Origin: the human T2T-CHM13v2.0 reference genome, Homo sapiens
NCBI RefSeq assembly: GCF_009914755.1
Contig: NC_060936.1
Strand: one strand, 5' to 3'
DNA: 64,000 nt
Shown in pieces: positions 47,730 to 64,000 of this stretch. The notes beneath the pieces are model-generated. The model made no database searches. It worked only from the letters and a program-made list of their open reading frames with translations, and had not been told where the DNA came from. The first letter of the stretch is position 1. Every line of letters begins with the position of its first letter. A program made the position numbers and the translations under genes.

Positions 47730-49300
47730 TGGTCTACAGAAATGTCTAATTTTCTTCAGACTTTGTTCTCCCTTCAAATTAGGTTTCATCTGGCAGAGTG
47801 GCTACTCCATTTGTTTGCAAGCCTCTGCCCTTGATGTTCAGATTCCTGCTGCTGGTGGAGCCGGCTGAGTTTCCCAGATGGGCTCCACCTGCCTCCTCCT
47901 CGGTTGCTGCAGCATTCATTGCTTCGTGCTTCCTGTCTGGCTCGCCTCCAAATGAGCCTGTTCATTTCCTTTCTCCGGAAACTGTCCTTATCACTGAGGT
48001 TCAAAAGTTCCATAAAGGATATGGCAGTCTTGAGACTTGACCTCCAAACTTTGACCTTAATAAAAACTGGTTTTTTAAACCCAGCCAACCTGAATGAGTG
48101 GACTATGGCTTTTGATTGCTGTTAGCTGAAGGAGATGTATGGCTGCTGGGTGACGCCTTGAACAGTGAGATGTTATATATAATCTTGAATTTGGGGTGGT
48201 GCTTGTGTCACCACTCGGAATTATGTTGTCAGTCTCACTTCCCTCCTGGCTTCTTGGCAATCGTCTTTATTAATGTTTTCAATTTTCTTACTATCCAGTG
48301 AACTTACTTTGTATTTATTGTTTGGGGTAGTGTTGTAGATGGTATTACTATTTGAAAACTTACTGTTGAAAGGGACCGTAGTCCAGTGGCCTCTTTTAAT
48401 AATCAGGGAAAACTGAGTCCATGAAGACACGCCTGCCTTTGAAAACCTAAGAATCCACTGCTTTTTCTGTTGAGACAGACCCCACAGAGATCTCCGAGAG
48501 GACGGCTGCAGCAAGAGTGCTGACTCCCATGCAGCCGCATTCCTTTTCTAATTGTCAAAGCTGATTAGTGGATTTGGATGTGCGTGGCTCGGAGTCCTCT
48601 AATAATCTTTCCTTTCTTACATAGCTCACCTAGAATTTGAGGAAAATTAAACCAGTTGTGAAATATATCACGTTTCAGAAATGAACGGCATCTTAATTGA
48701 TTCCCTTTGAGAACACATCAGACTGGGATTTCTGAGTGTAATCTGGTATGCCTTGAGGTGGGGACCTCATGCTGGGGCACTCAGAGGAGACTGGTCCACC
48801 TCCAAGTTTGTTTTCTGGCTCCAAACAAATGAGTGGCTGTTTGACTGTTGGCACACTACCCAGTTTTAAAAGTACAACCATATAGGGTATGGAGGGCTGG
48901 TAACCAGGGGGTTTAAAAAGTGAGGTCATGGAAGGCCCAGATGAAGCTCTTTTAATGTGTATCACAACTGCAATTAATCTTATTAACATGCTGGGCCTGT
49001 TCCTGCTTTCGCTGCCCCAGGTGTGTGAGAGTATTTAGGGGGCATGCTTTGAAGGATTCTTGTTCTTTGATGATGCACATGGATAACAGAAGTACATCAA
49101 ACTTTGTATCTGGCATTAAAAGGGCTTTTGTTTGCCTCTGTAGATTCATTCAGTTTTGAGAAGAGAGCAAAAAGCTTCATGCCAATTGATAAGATGTACA
49201 AAAGAGGGTGGATTGCAAATGCAGTCTTGCAGCAGTGAGCTCTATGACCAGATCAGAATCAGCTGAACAGGAATGGAGCCCTCTTCTATATCCAACACTA

Positions 49301-52483
<3,183 letters not shown>

Positions 52484-53989
52484 TGACTCTGCTTACTTTA
52501 ATATCTTAGAAGTTTTGGTACTGAAAGTGAAGAACATTGGACAGACATCAAACGTAAATACAAAACTGTCCCAGGTGGCTCTTCTCATACATTTCACTAG
52601 GGTTGAGCAGGACATGCTCCCCACCTGGAAGACCCTCCTAGGGCTTTGTAGGTTTAGCTCTGTGTGACAGTTCTCTTTGTATTCATCACAGGGCGGTCTC
52701 CACTTTGTATACCTAAAAGACTTCTGAGAACAGTATTTTTCCCTATTAGTCATACTTTAAAATCTAGTTTAGGAGCATCTAACTTCACATGCTGAAATTT
52801 TCTTTTGAAATTTCCTTTGAAACCCCCACACTGCTTGCTCTGTAGCTCATGGAAATCACTTACTTCATACCATGCTTCATTGCAAACCTGCTTTGGTTTG
52901 CTTATAAGTCCCTCCATGAATTCAGTGGAAATGTCTCTCCCAGAGAATGTTTTTCTCTTAAGGTCTGGTCCATGGTACTTTATTTGATGTCCTTATTAGA
53001 AGACATCTAGAGGAGTCAAGACCTAGACTCAGTTCAGTTTGAGCTAGGCTTGAATTCCATTTGCAACATGGGATGGGCCCACTGCTCCAATAAATGTGAT
53101 GTTTTACATGTGAAAGGTGCTTGATGTTTTGCTCTATGCAATTCCTAGGCTAGAACCTGTTCTGTCTGTTATTGCACTGGGTATTGCAGTCTGTTGGTCA
53201 TCAGCAGGTGACTGCCTATTGCCAAAAGAGACGATGAGATGAAAAGTAGGAATTCATGATTTCAGAATCTAGCCTCACTTGGAGAAAGCACCTGTTGGCC
53301 TGGGAAGTTCACCCTTCTCTGCTGACACAGGCTGGACCCCACACCTGACCAGGTGTCAGAGCACCTGTGAGAGCTCTGGGACCTCCTAGTGGCAGTGTGA
53401 TGGTACCACTTACTGAGTGTCATGCCACTGGCATCAGGCACTGTGCATATATTGTCCCCCACTCAATCAGAGCATCTGTGCTATTAATATTTGCTCTTTT
53501 TTGTTTGTTTGTTTGTTTTTGGTAAAAGGTCTTTATTTTTTAAAGAGATCCGTAATACCAAAAAAAAAAAAAAAAAAAAAAACCAAACAAAAACCCAAAA
53601 ACCTCTTGTGGGGCTGGGGTGGGGAGTAAGGTAAACTAGGCTGTCAGCCAAGCAAAGGCAGAAAGGTGGGGTCCACAACTGTCTCTCACAGCTTTAAGTG
53701 CTTGGCACCAATAGGCACTCAATAAATAGTTGTTGAATAATGGCTTATATTATATCTTCATAACGGTTGTGTAGATATTCTTTTGCACATTTTACAGTAA
53801 TGAGAAAACTGAGGCCCAGAGAGGTTAAGTAACTTGCCTCTGGTCACGCAGCTAGAATGTGGCAGAGCTGTGTGATTTTAGACCTAAGTATGTCTAAATC
53901 ATAGTCCACAGGCCGTCACTAAGCTAAAGTAGAGGAAATGATAGGGCCACATTCACCTTCTCTCTTTTGAACAGTCACTCGTTTTTTGA

Positions 53990-57576
<3,587 letters not shown>

Positions 57577-58897
57577 TCAAGAGCCTTTTCTTACTCTACG
57601 TGGTATTGACGCAAGTTCTGTAGTAGCCCCTCCTTCTGTATTTACGACACTAGCTTCCAGTGGGCAGATGGAAACCAGTGCCTGCCTGGAGACTATCCAG
57701 CTGTGAGAATGATGTGATGTGTCTGGCAGAAAGAGGCGTGTTTACAAAGGCTTTATTTTGCAGGAGTAAATCATTGGATTTTAACTGTTCTTCCTCTCTT
57801 TGTGTTGAATCTGATTATGCAGCTTTTCTGTAAGTTTTTAAATGTTTACCCACACCAGACCTTTGGGGACTGATTGGATTTAGTGGGAGCACCCTAGAAG
57901 ACCTGGATTAAAGTGGAACTTGGTCTCTCAACTAGTTGGGTTGTCCTTGGACAAACTGCTTGACCTCTGTAAATCTTCTGTCCTTATCTGTAACGTAGGG
58001 GTGCTAATTAGCATTAATTAGCTCATTGTTGGGAGGATTAAATGAGAACACCCCTGTGGAATTACTTAGAGCTCCCAGTAAAGGTTGGAGTTAGGGAGGA
58101 TTAGCAGGCTTTCATTTGCTTCCACATTTTTTTTCAGCAGTTTAATTTACTGAAACTGGCATAATAATGCCTCCTTGATTAGGTTGTTGGGAGAAGTAAA
58201 GGCAATACAAGTTTGGTGCCTGGTATACTTCATCAGGGTGACAAAATGCTGTCATTTGGTCATTTGTGATCATGTCTGCTACTGCATAATGTCATGCACT
58301 GGTGGGACTCTTTAGACAGCTAATTATTGGTAAATTCTTCACAGTGAGAAGAGGATTTAACCGATATTTCTCCCTCTAGAGTGTGGGGAGGTAGAGAAGT
58401 GGGTGAGACTGGAAGGGTGGGAAGGAGAAGTCTGGCTACTTGTATCTTGGCCTGGGGATTTGTTTGGAAGATGAATTATCCTCTGGTAGTTGTGTACAGT
58501 TTACAGGTCAGTGATTAGTATGAGTCCGTGAATAGTGCCAGTTAATACTGATTAACTGCTGTACTTTTTGCCAATAAATATTGTAAAGCTATAAAGACAA
58601 CAGAGTTAATACAAGTTGCTAAAGAGAAACTTGTGGTAAATGTCTTTAAATGTTGTTTAAAATAGAAATGGCCAATCTAGCAGGCATGCTGAGGAAATGA
58701 TGTTTTTGCAGAAGGGAAATTTAGCAATGACAGTTTTGCAGAATATATTGGTAATGAAGTGTTACTTGTAGCTGCTGACAAATTAGTTTTCTTAAAAAAT
58801 ATATCCCCTAGGAAGACTGTAGTATGAAAGAATGAGAACCGTAATTGGTGGATGAGCCTGGAGAGTTTGAAGGTAAGAGAGAAAGAGAAGCAGCGAG

Positions 58898-58950
58898 GGA
58901 GAGAAGGAGAGAGAGAGAGAGAGAGAGTGAGTGTGTGTGTGTGTGTGTGT
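58898..58950. repeat. (GA)n(GT)n compound microsatellite
   Basis: Read directly from the sequence. Confidence 0.93.
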
Positions 58951-58997
58951 TTCAAGGTAACATGCAAGAACAATAAGGTTCTTCTTGTGTGGTTGTA

Positions 58998-59645
58998 ATT
59001 TTTTTTTTTTTTTTTTTGAGACAGGGTCGCACTCTGTCACCCAGGCTAGAGCATAGTGGCATAATTATGGCTCACTACAGCCTCGACCTCTGGGCTGAGG
59101 TGATGCTCCCACCTCAGCCTCCTAACTAGCTGCGACTACAGGTGTGCACCACTGCGCCCAGCTAATTTTTGTATTTTTTGTAGAGATAGAGTTTCCTCAT
59201 GTTGCCCAGCCTGGTCACAATCTCCAGGGCTTAAGCTCTGCCGTCCTTGGCCTCTCAAAGTCCTGGGATTGCAGGCTTCCACCACCGTGCCCGGCCCTTG
59301 TGTGGAATTTTTAAAAAATCCTGACTTATCTGTTTGTTTGTTTGTTTTTTTTTTTTTTTTTTGAGACAGAGTTTTGCTCTTGTTGCCCAGGCTGGAGTGC
59401 AATGGCGTGATCTCAGCTTACCACAACCTCTGCCTCTCACGTTCAAAGTGATTCTCCTGCCTCAGCCTCCCAAGTAGCTGGGTTTACAAGCGTGCGCCAC
59501 CATGCCCAGCTAATTTCGTAATTTTAGTAGAGACAGGGTTTCTCCATTTTGGTCAGGGTGGTATTGAACTCCCAACCTCAGGTGATCCGCCCACCTCAGC
59601 CTCCCAAAGTGCTGGGATTACAGGCGTGAGCCACTGCGCCCGGCC
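58998..59645 (-). mobile_element. Two antisense Alus ending ~55 nt upstream of the exon acceptor
   Basis: 58998-59296 and 59330-59645. Confidence 0.9.
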
Positions 59646-59701
59646 TATCCGCACTTTTTTTTATGATTGCTCACATGTGACATGTCTTGTTTTTCTTCTA
59701 G

Positions 59702-59809
59702 GATGTTGAGAAAGAGAAGGAAACCCACAGTTACCTCAGCAAAGAGGAGATCAAAGAGAAAGTTCATAAATACAACTTAGCAGTCACAGACAAGTTGAAG
59801 ATGACCTTG
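59702..59809 (+). CDS. RASSF3: RASSF3 internal coding exon (probably exon 2), 108 nt, phase 0-0: DVEKEKETHSYLSKEEIKEKVHKYNLAVTDKLKMTL
   Basis: Acceptor tcttgtttttcttctag| ends at 59701 and donor TTG|gtaagc starts at 59810. The 36 open codons match the RASSF3 protein as I recall it and splice in frame to the next exon. Too short for the ORF track. Confidence 0.95.
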
Positions 59810-60157
59810 GTAAGCACTCAAAATACTATTTAGGTTGACACCTGTCAAAAGACAAATATAAATTGTTGGTACTACAATCTATAGTTCTAAATATCTGAAT
59901 AGCATTTGTAGAAGTGTAGTAGTCAAGGTATACAGAACAGGAAAGTGGAATATTTCTGTGGCTTTCCATTTAAATCTGTATTGTGAAGTAGCTTTGTCTC
60001 AAAAATCAGTTGCTGGGTTAACCTTAAAAAAGTGAAACACTTATAATTTTATTTTAAAAGATTTTGTGACCCACCCCTCCCTCCTCAAAGGATTTTTAGC
60101 ATCATTGCCTAACATACAGAAATGGTGACTCAGATTCTAAGAAGACCTCAGGTAAGG

Positions 60158-62495
<2,338 letters not shown>

Positions 62496-63130
62496 TGAAT
62501 TTTTTTTTAAAATGCTGCTTAAGAGACCCGAAATGCATTCTATGCTGTATGGCATATATGCTGCATTAAAAAGTTTAAGCAGAGTTAGTAATTCAGTGCA
62601 TATGAATATAGCCACTAGGAATGAAAATAGCCTGTTTTCTTACTGTCCCCTTGTTGTTGACTTCAGTATTTCAGAGCCCTAATTGTGACCTTCCTTTTGT
62701 GTATAATAGTCACCAGTTGAGGATGTTGTTTCCTTTGAGCCTGTAGCCTAGACATATCCCCCAAGCTTTAATAAGTTTTGTGGTTTGGCTAGCATCTGCT
62801 CCGTTGGATTGTAACCTCGCAAATGGACCCTGACCTTTTGCCAGTAGCTTCAGAGGCATGAGTCTGGGGCCGGCAGTCAGCCACAGCATCAGGAGGCTTC
62901 TTCAGTGTCCACATCTGCCCTGCAGACCTTGCCTCTGGAAGCACTTTGCCTGGTGTGTTAACCGCCCTCTGAGGTCATTCCTTTGGGGGCAATCTTTAGT
63001 GAAGTTCTGCCACAAACCTCAAGAGAAGAGAACAAAGGAGTGTTTCACCTTCCCGTTTTGTTTTGATATGCTTCTTCCCTAAAGTGCCACCATCCACCCA
63101 GCTAAGTGTGTGCTTCTCTCCCTGCTTCAG

Positions 63131-63368
63131 AATTCAAATGGGATTTACACTGGCTTCATTAAAGTACAGATGGAACTCTGCAAACCTCCACAGACTTCTC
63201 CAAATTCTGGAAAACTCTCTCCCAGTAGCAATGGCTGTATGAATACACTTCATATCAGCAGCACAAACACTGTCGGGGAAGTGATCGAGGCCCTGCTCAA
63301 AAAGTTTCTCGTGACTGAGAGCCCTGCCAAGTTTGCACTTTATAAGCGTTGTCACAGGGAAGACCAAG
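63131..63368 (+). CDS. RASSF3: RASSF3 coding exon (probably exon 3), 238 nt, N-terminal part of the RA domain: NSNGIYTGFIKVQMELCKPP...LHISSTNTVGEVIEALLKKFLVTESPAKFALYKRCHREDQ
   Basis: Acceptor cttctctccctgcttcag| at 63130, donor AAG|gtacgc at 63369. Lies within ORF 63110-63385. The YTGFIKV and LHISS..V.EVIEALLKKF....P.KFALY motifs are typical of C-terminal RASSF proteins (RASSF1/3/5). Confidence 0.96.
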
Positions 63369-64000
63369 GTACGCTGCCAGCTTAAAAGGAAAATGGTCTG
63401 TGCTTCTACTTGCATCTGCTGTTCTCATTAGCAGAGGGAAGACTGGTGGGTCTCATCCATGTCAATTGTGTCAGAGCCTGGAGTCCGATGCTGGAAGCCA
63501 TGGTGATCTTAGCATGCACTTAGTGCTTCCTGGCTGTCCATATTTTTGAGTTGGACAGTTGAGGGTCTGAGGAGCTTGGAAGCATCCATATGTGATTGGC
63601 AGTTACGAGTATTTTGTGTTGTTGGTGGGGGGATGGGGCGGGGGCTGTTTTTGGTGGTTGTTAGGAGTGGCTTTGATTTTAGTTTTCTTTAGGACACAAA
63701 AGAGTGCCTCTGTGTTTGAAGTTTTCAATAGCACATTCCACATTTGATGTGCATCAGTACGTGGAGTGGTTTGGTGGACGTGTGCTGAGATCTTGCGACT
63801 GGGGAGGCACATGTGCATCACAGCACATTTCAGCGTACTGATGGAAACGGCCCAGCCCTGGGCTCTCCTGTTTCCTTAGCTTGTCTCACTTGGTGTTACG
63901 CCGGGACATTTTGGTACTCTGTCCCCCAGAGGCTCATCAAATGAGTGAATAACATTTTGATCTAGGGTCTGACTAAAACTTCATATCCACATTCAGGGGA

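Overview
Primate (almost certainly human) genomic DNA from inside RASSF3 on the + strand. About 59.7 kb of a large intron is followed by two coding exons: 59702-59809 (DVEKEKETHSYL...KMTL) and 63131-63368 (NSNGIYTGFIKV...HREDQ, the N-terminal part of the Ras-association domain). The window is very Alu-rich, with roughly 75 copies or fragments counted by eye. It also holds L1, L2 and MIR remnants, MaLR (MST, MLT1) and ERV1-class LTRs, and a 5' half of an Hsmar2 mariner. Many ORFs in the supplied track are Alu or microsatellite artefacts, and only the one overlapping the second exon looks coding. I see no convincing new biological system. The most notable unexplained structures are: (1) a ~1 kb antisense retrocopied 3'UTR that contains an 82-bp copy of nearby DNA; (2) a near-perfect, CpG-rich hairpin inside an ancient L2; (3) a series of locally templated insertions and duplications; (4) an Alu-bridged junction between truncated MST and Hsmar2 elements; (5) candidate poison exons; (6) D-box/E-box and RFX/Oct motif clusters. 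Repeat boundaries and subfamilies were read by eye and are approximate.
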